Part shown: positions 1-9,168 of the stretch, in pieces
Numbering within the stretch: position 1 is the first letter of the stretch
Layout: the number at the start of each line of letters is the position of its first letter
Origin: an uncultured Desulfobacterales bacterium
GTDB lineage: Bacteria > Desulfobacterota > Desulfobacteria > Desulfobacterales > JBDRRP01
NCBI GenBank assembly: GCA_964446485.1
Contig: CAYUOU010000003.1
Span: 1,730-65,729 of the forward strand
Direction: 5' to 3'
Length of the DNA stretch: 64,000 nt
Notes under the pieces: model-generated
Database searches by the model: none
Seen by the model: only the letters and a program-made list of their open reading frames with translations
Told to the model about the DNA's origin: nothing
Position numbers and translations under genes: made by a program

Positions 1-1
1 A

Positions 2-271
2 ACGCTGGTCCCTTTCGGCCTTTACCTGGAGGGCATCAACCTCATTCGATCCACCCGGGCCAGCATCACCGCCACCCTCGAGCCCATTACCGCCGGCGTC
101 ATCGCTTACCTCTTTCTGGGTGAAGTGATGGCCCCGCTGCAACTTCTGGGTGCCGTGTTGGTGATTGCCGCCGTCATTTTGCTTCAGCTCTCCAAGGAGC
201 GCGACGACAATTCCCCCGATCTCATCCGGGCACGCCGGCAGGCCGAGGCGTTGACCAACGAGGCGAAATGA
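2..271 (+). CDS. EamA/DMT-family transporter, C-terminal fragment (5' end outside window)
   Basis: The frame is open from the window edge to TGA 269-271. The translation ...LEPITAGVIAYLFLGEVMAPLQLLGAVLVIAAVILLQ looks like the last TM helices of EamA permeases. The stop overlaps the next ATG (ATGA). Confidence 0.6.
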   Translation, partial: TLVPFGLYLEGINLIRSTRASITATLEPITAGVIAYLFLGEVMAPLQLLGAVLVIAAVILLQLSKERDDNSPDLIRARRQAEALTNEAK

Positions 272-1455
272 GCAAGGGGCGAACAGCCTTTGATAAACGC
301 CTGCGGCGACATGTGATCGGCCGCGGGCAGGATTTTTTTGCCGTGGTGGCGCCGGGCCTCGAAGCGGTCTGCAGAAATGAGCTCGGTCAGATCGGTATTC
401 CCGCCGCGGCCATGGCCACCGAGACCGGCGGTGTCCATTTTTGCGGAAAACTGCCACATCTCTATGCGGCGAATCTCCACCTGCGAACCGCCGGGCGCAT
501 CCTCATGCGTGTCGCCGTTTTCAAGGCCGTCCACTTCGCCCAACTGGAAGCGCGCGCCGCGGCGGTGGACTGGGCTTTGTATCTGAAGCCGGCCCAGCCG
601 GTGAGGGTCCATGTCACGACGCGCCGTTGCCGCCTGTATCATAAAGGCGCCGTGGGCGAGCGCGTTCTGGGTGTCATCGCCAGACAGATCGGATCAGCGC
701 CGTTCGGCACTGCCGACAGCACTCAGCGCCTCTTTGTCCGGGGGGTGGGCGATCGATTCACCCTATCCCTGGACAGCAGCGGGTCGATGCTCCACAAGCG
801 GGGCATCAAACAGGATGTGGGTCCGGCGCCCATTCGAGAAACGCTGGCGGCCGCCGCCCTGGTGATGGCCGGACATTTCCCGGGGATGACGGTGGTGGAT
901 CCCATGTGCGGCAGCGGGTCGTTCAGTCTTGAGGCCGCCATGATGGCTGCCGGGGTGCCGCCGGGCTGGCACCGGGATTTCGCTTTCTTCGAATGGCCCG
1001 GCTTCAGTTCGCCGACATGGCGGCATATACGCAAGATCGCCGAAAAGCACATGGTTGCGGCCGGCACGACGCCGACGGTATTTGCTTCGGACGTGCGCGC
1101 GGATGCCGTAGCGGCCCTGAAGGAGGCGGCCTCACGCATGGGCGTGGGTGACCGGATCGCCCCGGCGGTGCGTGATTTCTTTTCCATCGACGGGATGCGG
1201 GTGCCGGGGGGGGCGGGAACCCTGGTACTGAACCCGCCGTTTGGACGCAGGCTCGGACGCAGCCATGACATCCAGAAAGACTATCATCGCATCGGCGACC
1301 ATTTGCGACGCGCCTTTCCGGGGTGGCGGGCGGCCTTGTTTTGCCCGGTTGAGACATCGCCGGTGTTCAAGGGGCTTCAGTTGCAACAAACGCCCGTGCT
1401 CCACGGGGGGCTGCGCCTCATTCTGTTGACCGGCCGCATTCCAGGCGGGCTGTGA
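268..1455 (+). CDS. THUMP-domain class I SAM-dependent RNA methyltransferase (COG0116/RlmL-like)
   Basis: 395-aa ORF with the SAM-binding motif VVDPMCGSGSF and the catalytic motif LVLNPPFGRRLG. Confidence 0.8.
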   Translation: MSKGRTAFDKRLRRHVIGRGQDFFAVVAPGLEAVCRNELGQIGIPAAAMATETGGVHFCGKLPHLYAANLHLRTAGRILMRVAVFKAVHFAQLEARAAAVDWALYLKPAQPVRVHVTTRRCRLYHKGAVGERVLGVIARQIGSAPFGTADSTQRLFVRGVGDRFTLSLDSSGSMLHKRGIKQDVGPAPIRETLAAAALVMAGHFPGMTVVDPMCGSGSFSLEAAMMAAGVPPGWHRDFAFFEWPGFSSPTWRHIRKIAEKHMVAAGTTPTVFASDVRADAVAALKEAASRMGVGDRIAPAVRDFFSIDGMRVPGGAGTLVLNPPFGRRLGRSHDIQKDYHRIGDHLRRAFPGWRAALFCPVETSPVFKGLQLQQTPVLHGGLRLILLTGRIPGGL

Positions 1456-1628
1456 TGAAACCCGGAGTCACCATCCAAAGGGATGCCCTCGGCATCCCAC
1501 ATATCACTGCGAAAAGCCGTGAAGACCTTTTCTGGGGGGAAGGGTATACCGCCGACATGGAGAACTGGTTTGACGGTCGTTACAAACGGTTGGAATTGAA
1601 TGTGGGGTCAGTGACGCATCCACTATGA
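1455..1628 (+). pseudogene. 57-codon remnant resembling the N-terminus of a penicillin/AHL acylase (Ntn hydrolase)
   Basis: Hand translation gives MKPGVTIQRDALGIPHITAKSREDLFWGEGYTADMENWF... This matches the RDxxG[IV]PHIxAxxxxDLFxxxGY start of penicillin-amidase family proteins, but it stops after 57 codons. Confidence 0.35.
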
Positions 1629-1768
1629 CCGTGGGTATGGGTTGACAGCGCAACTGCGCCACCATAAAAAAGCGGGTCCGGTGATGTTGGGCCGTCGGCA
1701 GTGAACCGGGGCGCGGCGGCAGGCGCTGCGTGCCTCACCTTGACCATGTTCTGAGGTCGCTTACTGAC

Positions 1769-2554
1769 ATGCTGCAGTGGAACGCCAACCCGATCTTCTT
1801 CTCCGTGGGCCCGGTATCGGTCCGGTGGTACGGTCTGCTCTTCGCGTCAGGTTTTTTGGTGGGCCTGGTCATGGTGCGCTGGATGTTCCGGCGTGATGGC
1901 CGCCCCCTGGAAGACACCGACAAGCTGTTCAACACCATGGCCGTAGGGACCATCATCGGCGCCCGGTTGGGGCACTGCTTCTTTTACGAGCCGGTTTACT
2001 ACCTCAGCCATCCGCTGGCCATCATCAAAATCTGGGAAGGCGGCCTCGCCAGTCACGGCGCTTTCATCGGTATTCTCACCGCAGTCTGGTTGTACTCGCG
2101 CCGGCGGCCCGAGCAGCCCTTTCTCTGGGTGCTCGATCGGGTTTGCGTGCCCACGATTCTCGCCGGCAGTCTCATCCGCCTGGGCAACCTGTTTAATTCC
2201 GAGATCGTGGGGATTCCGACACAGGTGCCATGGGCCATTGTCTTCCAGCGTGTGGACAGCCTGCCCCGGCACCCCACCCAGCTTTATGAGTCAGTGGCCT
2301 ATGCGGCGATCTTTGTGTCGCTCTGGGTGCTGTATCGCCGGTGGGCTGGAAAGGCACCCGACGGGAGGTTGTTTGGGGTCTTTTTGACCACCGTGTTTGG
2401 ATTTCGCTTTTTGATCGAATGGACCAAGGTCCGTCAAGCGGCCTTTGCCGCCGATTTCCCTCTCAGCATGGGTCAGATGCTGAGCGTACCGCTGGTGGCG
2501 CTGGGTCTGTGGCTGCTCATCCGACCGGTCGCAGACAGGCGGTCCCGGGGTTGA
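1769..2554 (+). CDS. lgt: Prolipoprotein diacylglyceryl transferase
   Basis: Motifs MLQWNANPIFFSVGPVSVRWYGL, GGLASHGA and HPTQLYES. The ORF opens at GTG 1730, but ATG 1769 matches typical Lgt N-termini. Confidence 0.9.
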   Translation: MLQWNANPIFFSVGPVSVRWYGLLFASGFLVGLVMVRWMFRRDGRPLEDTDKLFNTMAVGTIIGARLGHCFFYEPVYYLSHPLAIIKIWEGGLASHGAFIGILTAVWLYSRRRPEQPFLWVLDRVCVPTILAGSLIRLGNLFNSEIVGIPTQVPWAIVFQRVDSLPRHPTQLYESVAYAAIFVSLWVLYRRWAGKAPDGRLFGVFLTTVFGFRFLIEWTKVRQAAFAADFPLSMGQMLSVPLVALGLWLLIRPVADRRSRG

Positions 2555-2644
2555 TGGCGGCTGGGAAATGACGCAGTACGGCGCGGTGACGGCCATGCCG
2601 CAGGCCGTTACCCTAAAGGCACTGACTAAAAAGGAGATTCCCGG

Positions 2645-3448
2645 ATGAGCCGAATCACCCCAGAAAACGTATGGGCCGACGTTGCCCGGATCCGCGACCA
2701 GGCCCCCCTGGTCCACAACATCACCAATTTCGTGGTCATGAATACCACGGCCAACGCACTGCTGGCCATCGGCGCCTCGCCGGTCATGGCCCATGCCGAA
2801 GACGAGGTCGCCGACATGGTGGGCATCGCCGCGGCGCTGGTCATCAACATCGGCACCCTGAGAGGCCCCTGGATTGCCGCCATGCACACGGCAGCGGCCG
2901 CGGCGCGTGATAAAGGCATCCCCATTGTGTTGGATCCGGTGGGCGTCGGCGCCACTCGATACCGGACGGATACTGCCAAGGCGCTGATTAAGACGGCAGC
3001 GCCTTCCATCATTCGCGGCAATGCATCTGAGATTCAAGCGCTGGTGGACGCTACGACCGCTACCAAAGGCGTGGACGCCACCACATCCTCCGATGCGGCG
3101 GTGGACGCCGGTCAAGCCCTCCAGGCGGCAGTGGGCAGCGTGATTTGCATCAGCGGCGCCACCGACTACGTCATCGGCGATGGCAGCGTGACGACCGTCG
3201 CCAACGGTCATGCCATGATGCCTCGGGTCACCGGTTTGGGCTGCACGGCCACCGCGCTGTGCGGTGCCGTTGCCGCAGTGAACCCGGATGCCGCAGCGGC
3301 AGCGGCTCACGCCATGGCCATCATGGGAATCGCCGGGGAGATGGCGGCGGAGGGTTCGGAAGGGCCCGGGACGCTCCAGGTGCGATTCATCGATGCCTTG
3401 TATCGGCTCGGTGAAGCAGACATTCACCGTGCGCTTCGCGTCGGATGA
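2645..3448 (+). CDS. thiM: Hydroxyethylthiazole kinase
   Basis: Carries NITNFVVMNTTANALLAIGASPVMAH, typical of ThiM. AAGGAG lies 8 nt upstream of the ATG. Confidence 0.9.
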   Translation: MSRITPENVWADVARIRDQAPLVHNITNFVVMNTTANALLAIGASPVMAHAEDEVADMVGIAAALVINIGTLRGPWIAAMHTAAAAARDKGIPIVLDPVGVGATRYRTDTAKALIKTAAPSIIRGNASEIQALVDATTATKGVDATTSSDAAVDAGQALQAAVGSVICISGATDYVIGDGSVTTVANGHAMMPRVTGLGCTATALCGAVAAVNPDAAAAAAHAMAIMGIAGEMAAEGSEGPGTLQVRFIDALYRLGEADIHRALRVG

Positions 3449-3452
3449 TCCC

Positions 3453-4094
3453 ATGAATGGCGTCTATCTGGTCACGGATCGCCCAATGTGCGGCGAGCGC
3501 GGTCTGGCTGCCGTGGTGAGGGCCGCCGCTTCAGCGGGCGTCTCGGCGGTACAGTTGAGGGAGAAACACGCCACGACTCGGGCCTTTCTGGAAGCGGCCG
3601 AAGAGATCAAGGCACTGCTAACACCCCGCGGCATCCCGCTGATCATTAACGACCGGGTGGACGTGGCCCTGGCCGCCGGGGCCGATGGGGTACACGTGGG
3701 TCAGTCGGACATGCCCGCGGCAGTGGTTCGGCGACTTCTTGGACCTGATGCCATCGTGGGGTTGTCCGTTGAAACCTGGGCCGACGTGGAGGCGGCGCAG
3801 GATCTCGACGTGACCTATTTGGGCGTCAGCCCGGTTTACCAAACCCCGACCAAAACCGACACCCACGGCGCCTGGGGGCTGGAAGGGGTCGCCCGCATCC
3901 GCGCCTATTCACGGCACCCCCTGGTGGCCATCGGCGGCGTGAATGGCAACAATGCCGCAGACGTCGTCGCTGCCGGGGCCCAGTGCATCGCCGTGGTGTC
4001 GGCCATCTGTGCGGCGGCGGATCCGGCCACCGCGGTGCGCGGGTTGAAGCGGGCCGTCGAGGACGGTATTTCAAGGAGGTGCGCGACACCATGA
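3453..4094 (+). CDS. thiE: Thiamine-phosphate synthase
   Basis: Motifs VYLVTDR, VQLREK, INDRVDVALAAGADGVHVGQSD and GVSPVYQTPTK. The internal ATG 3453 is chosen over the longer ORF that opens at 3288. Confidence 0.9.
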   Translation: MNGVYLVTDRPMCGERGLAAVVRAAASAGVSAVQLREKHATTRAFLEAAEEIKALLTPRGIPLIINDRVDVALAAGADGVHVGQSDMPAAVVRRLLGPDAIVGLSVETWADVEAAQDLDVTYLGVSPVYQTPTKTDTHGAWGLEGVARIRAYSRHPLVAIGGVNGNNAADVVAAGAQCIAVVSAICAAADPATAVRGLKRAVEDGISRRCATP

Positions 4095-4900
4095 ACACCT
4101 ATCATCGTGCGTTGACCATTGCCGGATCCGACAGCGGCGGCGGTGCCGGCATCCAGGCCGATTTGAAGACCTTCAGCGCCCTTGGCTGTTTCGGCATGTC
4201 CGTCATTACGGCCCTGACGGCCCAGAACACTCTCGCGGTAACCGCGATTCACGCCTTGCCAGCCGATTTCATCGCCAGCCAGCTGGATGCCGTGCTCTCG
4301 GACATCGGCGCAGACGCCGTGAAGATCGGTATGCTGCATGCGCCGGAGATCATCGGCACGGTGGCCGAGGCGCTCCGGCGCCACAAATCGGTGAACATCG
4401 TCGTTGACCCGGTAATGGTGGCCAAAAGCGGTGATGCGCTGCTCCGGGCTGACGCGGTCGCGGCCCTGCGCACAACGCTCATCCCCATGGCGGACCTCAT
4501 CACGCCGAACCTGCCCGAGGCCGCTGCGCTGCTGGGCCGGCCCGTGGACGGCATCGACGACATGGAACCCGCCGCCCGGGATCTGGCCGCCCTGGGTTGC
4601 GGCGCCGTGCTGCTGAAAGGCGGGCACCTGGATGTCGACGAGAGTGTGGACGTCCTTTACATACGCGACACCGGCCGACTGGTTTCCCTGTCGACGCCCC
4701 GGGTGGACACCCCCAATACCCACGGCACCGGATGCACCCTGAGTTCGGCCGTGGCCGCAGGATTGGCTGCCGGTCGCTCCATGGAAGACGCCGTCCGGAG
4801 GGCAAAGGATTATATCACCGAGGCCATCCGTGCGGCAGCCGGCTATCGGATCGGCGGAGGGCACGGCCCGGTGCATCATTTTCATGCCTTTTGGGGGTGA
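4091..4900 (+). CDS. thiD: Hydroxymethylpyrimidine/phosphomethylpyrimidine kinase
   Basis: Motifs [21 protein letters not shown] and [11 protein letters not shown]. The ATG overlaps the thiE stop (ATGA). Confidence 0.9.
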   Translation: MNTYHRALTIAGSDSGGGAGIQADLKTFSALGCFGMSVITALTAQNTLAVTAIHALPADFIASQLDAVLSDIGADAVKIGMLHAPEIIGTVAEALRRHKSVNIVVDPVMVAKSGDALLRADAVAALRTTLIPMADLITPNLPEAAALLGRPVDGIDDMEPAARDLAALGCGAVLLKGGHLDVDESVDVLYIRDTGRLVSLSTPRVDTPNTHGTGCTLSSAVAAGLAAGRSMEDAVRRAKDYITEAIRAAAGYRIGGGHGPVHHFHAFWG

Positions 4901-4934
4901 CGGTGCCACGGAGACATCGCCGGACAGTCGGCCC

Positions 4935-6008
4935 ATGATGCCTGAAACGGCCCCTACTCAGCTTGGCGCTGGCCGCTACAAACCGCCGCCTTTCCTGTCA
5001 AACGGCCATTTCCAGAGCCTTTTTCCGGCATTGTGCCGACGGGTGCCAACCCAATACACGCGGCGCGAGCGCATCCTTACACCTGACGGCGATTTTCTGG
5101 ATGTCGACTGGGTGGTCACCGGATCGCGACGCCTGGTGGTATTGTGCCATGGTTTGGAAGGGAATTCCCATCGGCCGTATATCCTTGGAATGGCCCGTGC
5201 CTTTCGTCGACGGGGGTGGGATTGCCTGGCATTGAATTACCGGGGCTGCAGCGGCACACCCAACCGGCGGCTGCGTTTCTATCACAGCGGTGCCTACGAA
5301 GATCTGGCCCTGGTGGTGAACCATGCCGCCGGCACCGGCCGATACGACGCCGTGGTGCTGATCGGATTCAGCATCGGCGGGAACGTCATTCTCCGATGGC
5401 TGGGCCGTTGCCCGGACCGTATCCATCCGCTGGTGAAGCGGGCGGTGGTGTTTTCCGTTCCCTGCGACCTGGCCGACAGCGCGGCGGTTCTGGCCCAGCC
5501 GCAAAACCGTATTTACATGCGGCATTTCCTGGTTGCACTGCGGCAAAAAATCCGAGAGAAGATGGCGGTGATGCCGGGACGGATCAACGATGACGGTTAC
5601 GATCGGCTGGCCACATTCAAGGATTTCGACAACCGGTACACAGCGCCCTTGAACGGCTTCGAGGACGCCGAGGACTACTGGCGCCAATGCAGTTCAAAAC
5701 CCGTCATCCCGGGTATTCGCATACCGACCCTCATGGTTCAGGCCCGGAACGATCCCTTTCTGGGGCTTGACTGTTTTCCGACATTGGCAGCGGCGGCCAA
5801 TGCTAAGGTAACCCTTGACATGCCGGCATCCGGCGGTCACGTTGGTTTTATTGCCTTTAACGCCAGCGGTGAGTATTGGTCGGAACGAAGGGCCTTGGCA
5901 TTCGTGGAAGATGTGGGGCACCGAGAGCGGGCGGGGATAAACCCCGCACCCTACAGTACCTCAAGGTTCGGGCCGTTCATTGCGGGTCCCAGGGTCGGCG
6001 CTTCGTAG
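4935..6008 (+). CDS. Alpha/beta-fold hydrolase, YheT/ABHD1-3-like
   Basis: Motifs LVVLCHGLEGNS and the nucleophile elbow GFSIGGN, with a late GGHVGF. The last ~30 codons run into a repeat element, so the true C-terminus is uncertain. Confidence 0.75.
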   Translation: MMPETAPTQLGAGRYKPPPFLSNGHFQSLFPALCRRVPTQYTRRERILTPDGDFLDVDWVVTGSRRLVVLCHGLEGNSHRPYILGMARAFRRRGWDCLALNYRGCSGTPNRRLRFYHSGAYEDLALVVNHAAGTGRYDAVVLIGFSIGGNVILRWLGRCPDRIHPLVKRAVVFSVPCDLADSAAVLAQPQNRIYMRHFLVALRQKIREKMAVMPGRINDDGYDRLATFKDFDNRYTAPLNGFEDAEDYWRQCSSKPVIPGIRIPTLMVQARNDPFLGLDCFPTLAAAANAKVTLDMPASGGHVGFIAFNASGEYWSERRALAFVEDVGHRERAGINPAPYSTSRFGPFIAGPRVGAS

Positions 6009-6187
6009 CCAGCGACGAATTTCATTTTTCCGAACAGCGCATGCACAGTCACTGGAGACTAGTGAATGATGAAACGGTAAAAAGTAGCAAAAAGGACGAT
6101 TTCGTAAAATGTTCGAGACCAAGGCTTGCGAATCCTGAAGGATGACGCGCAACGCAGATATCGGGCTTTTTACGGAACCGTCAGGGA
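5925..6187. repeat. Repeat-rich spacer (REP/MITE-like elements)
   Basis: Contains the hairpin GCGGGGATAAACCCCGC (5931-5947). Its 3' end, CTTTTTACGGAACCGTCAGGGA (6166-6187), recurs inverted at 17474-17495. Confidence 0.45.
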
Positions 6188-6460
6188 ATGTATTTCGAAC
6201 TTCAACTGGCGTCGCGCCCCTTTGCCACCGGTGTCAGCAGCACGCCGGTCACCGTACCCGCCTACGGGGAAACCGAGGTGGTCCTGACGGTGAGCACCAA
6301 TGTGTTGAAGACCGTCACGCAATTGGCGGATTTTCTCAAAGGACAGCCCCAGTCGGTGAGCTATCGCCTGTCTGGGCATTTAAAAGTGGACCTGCCCTTG
6401 GCGGGCAGACTCCCCGTGTCATCAGAGGGGACGCTGCGTCTGTCGCCGAAGCCCGAGTAA
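6188..6460 (+). pseudogene. LEA_2 (LEA14/WHy-like) lipoprotein gene, apparently 5'-truncated
   Basis: The 90-aa ORF (...PVTVPAYGETEVVLTVSTN...YRLSGHLKVDLPLAG) resembles only the distal half of ~150-aa LEA_2 proteins. It has no signal peptide and the repeat element abuts its ATG. Confidence 0.45.
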
Positions 6461-6502
6461 CGCTTGCCACACTACTATAGCTGCGGGAAAGGAGTTGAAT
6501 CC

Positions 6503-7504
6503 ATGCAGGATCATTCATTCAAGGCCATGGTGGTCACGGAAACCGAGGAGAATCAATTTTCTCGCACACTGGTTGAGCGACGCGTCGCCGATTTGCCAGA
6601 CGGCGACGTGCTCGTGCGGGTGACCCATTCCTCACTCAATTTCAAGGATGCCCTTTCCGCCACGGGAAACCGCGGCGTGACTCGGCAATATCCCCACACG
6701 CCGGGGATCGACGCCGCCGGAGAGGTGGCCGACAGCCGTGTGCCCGCTTTCAGCGTGGGGCAGCCCGTCATCGTTACCAGCTACGATTTGGGGATGAACA
6801 CCGACGGCGGTTTCGGGCAGTATATCCGCGTGCCCGCAGACTGGGTGATTCCCATGCCGGCGGGGCTGGACGGCCCGACGGTCATGGGTTACGGCACTGC
6901 CGGGCTCACGGCCGCCCTGAGCATCATGAAACTGGTGGAAGGCGGCGTTCGCCCCGACAGTGGGGACATTCTCGTCACCGGCGCCACCGGCGGCGTGGGC
7001 TGCATGGCTGTGGCGGTTCTTGCCAAGCTGGGCTATCGCGTGGCCGCGGTGACGGGTAAAGCCGATGCCCACGACTTTCTCGGTGATATCGGCGCCGCCC
7101 GCGTGCTGTCCCGTGAGGAGGCCGTGGATGACAGCAAACGCCCCATGCTCAAATCACAATGGGCCGGCGTGGTGGACACGGTGGGCGGCGAGCCGCTGGC
7201 CACGGCCATCAAAGCCACGACACCTTACGCCGTGGTGACCTGCTGCGGTCTGGTGGCGTCGCCGTTTTTCAAGACATCGGTGTTTCCGTTCATCCTGCGA
7301 GGGCTGACCCTGGTGGGGATCGAATCCGCCGAATGCCCCATGGAAACGCGCCTCGAGGCCTGGCACCATCTGGCCGGTGACTGGAAGATCGATGTCATGC
7401 CACGCATGGTTCGGGAGGTCGGCCTCTCGGCACTGGACCCGGAAATCGACCGGATTCTCAAGGGAGGGCAGACCGGGCGCGTAGTGGTCCGCCTGGACGG
7501 GTAG
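6503..7504 (+). CDS. YhdH/AcuI-type NADPH-dependent (acrylyl-CoA/quinone) oxidoreductase, MDR family
   Basis: VRVTHSSLNFKDALSATGNRGVTRQYPHTPGIDAAGEV parallels E. coli YhdH. GGAAAGGAG lies upstream of ATG 6503. Confidence 0.85.
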   Translation: MQDHSFKAMVVTETEENQFSRTLVERRVADLPDGDVLVRVTHSSLNFKDALSATGNRGVTRQYPHTPGIDAAGEVADSRVPAFSVGQPVIVTSYDLGMNTDGGFGQYIRVPADWVIPMPAGLDGPTVMGYGTAGLTAALSIMKLVEGGVRPDSGDILVTGATGGVGCMAVAVLAKLGYRVAAVTGKADAHDFLGDIGAARVLSREEAVDDSKRPMLKSQWAGVVDTVGGEPLATAIKATTPYAVVTCCGLVASPFFKTSVFPFILRGLTLVGIESAECPMETRLEAWHHLAGDWKIDVMPRMVREVGLSALDPEIDRILKGGQTGRVVVRLDG

Positions 7505-7508
7505 CCGG

Positions 7509-7546
7509 AACGGATGGCTGCAAAATGATTCGGCCGCCGTCCGTTT
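7509..7546 (+). terminator. Possible weak hairpin terminator after the reductase gene
   Basis: AACGGATGGC (7509-7518) pairs with GCCGTCCGTT (7536-7545) with one G-U. Only a short T run follows. Confidence 0.25.
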
Positions 7547-7647
7547 ACAATGAGCTAAAACGTGATCACTTTATCCAAGCTTTTTCCGTTGACTACCCTG
7601 TACGGGCCGCCCACAGCAGGTCGGACCCGGGCAAAAGGAGGTTTCAT

Positions 7648-8148
7648 ATGGCAAAGATCACGTTGCACGGCGACCCGTTCAACACCAAAGGCGACCTGCC
7701 CGCGGTGGGGGCACCCGCCCCGGATTTCAACCTCACCAAAACCGATTTGTCGGATGTTACCCTGGCGGATTTCGCCGGAAAAAAAGTGGTGCTCAATATC
7801 TTTCCCAGTATCGACACGCCGGTCTGCTCCGTGTCGGTGAGGCGTTTCAACACGGAGATTGAAAAACATTCCGATGCTGTTGTGCTCTCGGTATCGCGGG
7901 ATCTGCCATTTGCCCACGCGCGGTTTTGTGCGGCCGAGGGATTGAACAACGTAGTTTCGGCCTCCATCCTCAGGGACACCGATTTTGGCGCGCGCTACGG
8001 TGTTCAGATCATCGACGGACCGTTGGCCACGCTCATGGCTCGGGCGGTGGTGGTGGTGGATGTTGAAGGAAAGGTGATCCACACCCAGCTGGTTCCGGAA
8101 ATCGGCGAGGAACCGGATTATGCCGGGGCCCTGGCTGCGCTGGGATAA
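7648..8148 (+). CDS. tpx: Thiol peroxidase (atypical 2-Cys peroxiredoxin)
   Basis: Motifs APAPDFNL, IFPSIDTPVCS (peroxidatic Cys) and HARFCAAEG (resolving Cys). AAAGGAGG lies upstream of ATG 7648. Confidence 0.9.
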   Translation: MAKITLHGDPFNTKGDLPAVGAPAPDFNLTKTDLSDVTLADFAGKKVVLNIFPSIDTPVCSVSVRRFNTEIEKHSDAVVLSVSRDLPFAHARFCAAEGLNNVVSASILRDTDFGARYGVQIIDGPLATLMARAVVVVDVEGKVIHTQLVPEIGEEPDYAGALAALG

Positions 8149-8190
8149 TTTGCCGGGGCACCGACGCCTTACCATGCATCAGGAGGTGCA

Positions 8191-9168
8191 ATGAAACCAT
8201 CGCCTTCAAATCGCACCGCTTTGCCGGGTCTTCTTCCTGCGTGCACGTCGCCCATGGACCGCCGCCAGTTCCTGAAAGCCCATCTGTACGCCGCCGTGGC
8301 CGCCGCCCTTGGCTTCTCGGGCGTGTGGGTGCCGGGAAAAAAGGTGTATGCCGGTGTTCCGGATGTGGCAGTGGCCACCGGGGCGGCAGGGCCTGCCGTG
8401 AGAAAAGCCCTGGAATTGCTCGGTGGTATGGGGCAAGTGGTGCGGCCGGGCCAAAAGGTGGTGATCAAGCCTAACATGAGCTTTGCCTACAAGCCCGGCG
8501 CGGCCACCAATACCAACCCCGAGGTGGTTCGAGAGCTGGTGATGTTGTGTAAGGAGGCAGGGGCCGGCCGGGTGCGTGTACTGGACCATCCGTTGAGACG
8601 CGAGGAACTCTGCATCGAAGGGGTCAAAAAAGCCTGTGATATTTTCAACGAGGACATCGTCGACGGGGTCACCCGGGACCGCCTCTTCAAAGCCGCAGCC
8701 ATACCGGGTGGAAAAGAGATGCGGAAAACCGACGTCATGCGAGAAGTGCTCGAGGCGGATGTGCTCATTGCCGTACCGGTGGCCAAAGCCCACGGCGCCA
8801 CCGGGGTCAGCCTTTCCATGAAGGGGATGATGGGCCTGATCTGGGATCGCGGAATCATGCATTGGCGATTTGACCTCTCCACGGCCATCGTCGATTTGGC
8901 GACGCTGCTGAAGCCCCAGCTGGTGGTGGTGGACGCTACGGAGGCATTGACCACCAACGGCCCCTCGGGTCCCGGCAAGGTGGTGCGTTACGACACCATT
9001 ATCGCCTCCCGGGACATGGTGGCCGCGGATGCCCAGGCGGTGCATACAGTGAAATGGTATGGATCCGCCATGAAGGCGCGGCAAGTGGCGCATATCCGAC
9101 TGGCCCACGAGCGCGGGCTCGGGCGCATGGATGTCGAAAACCTCGTGGTTCGTCAGGCGCGGGCGTGA
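8191..9168 (+). CDS. DUF362-family protein with twin-arginine signal
   Basis: An AGGAGG SD precedes the start. The Tat motif DRRQFLKA is followed by a hydrophobic stretch. The core KVVIKPNM...VAKAHG is typical of DUF362. Confidence 0.75.
   Translation: MKPSPSNRTALPGLLPACTSPMDRRQFLKAHLYAAVAAALGFSGVWVPGKKVYAGVPDVAVATGAAGPAVRKALELLGGMGQVVRPGQKVVIKPNMSFAYKPGAATNTNPEVVRELVMLCKEAGAGRVRVLDHPLRREELCIEGVKKACDIFNEDIVDGVTRDRLFKAAAIPGGKEMRKTDVMREVLEADVLIAVPVAKAHGATGVSLSMKGMMGLIWDRGIMHWRFDLSTAIVDLATLLKPQLVVVDATEALTTNGPSGPGKVVRYDTIIASRDMVAADAQAVHTVKWYGSAMKARQVAHIRLAHERGLGRMDVENLVVRQARA

Noticed and set aside
2291-4936. Minus-strand ORFs 2291-3454 (387 aa) and 3905-4936 (343 aa)
   Set aside because: They are antisense to thiM, thiE and thiD, all of which have clear family motifs. 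The translations are Arg/Gly/His-rich with no motifs.
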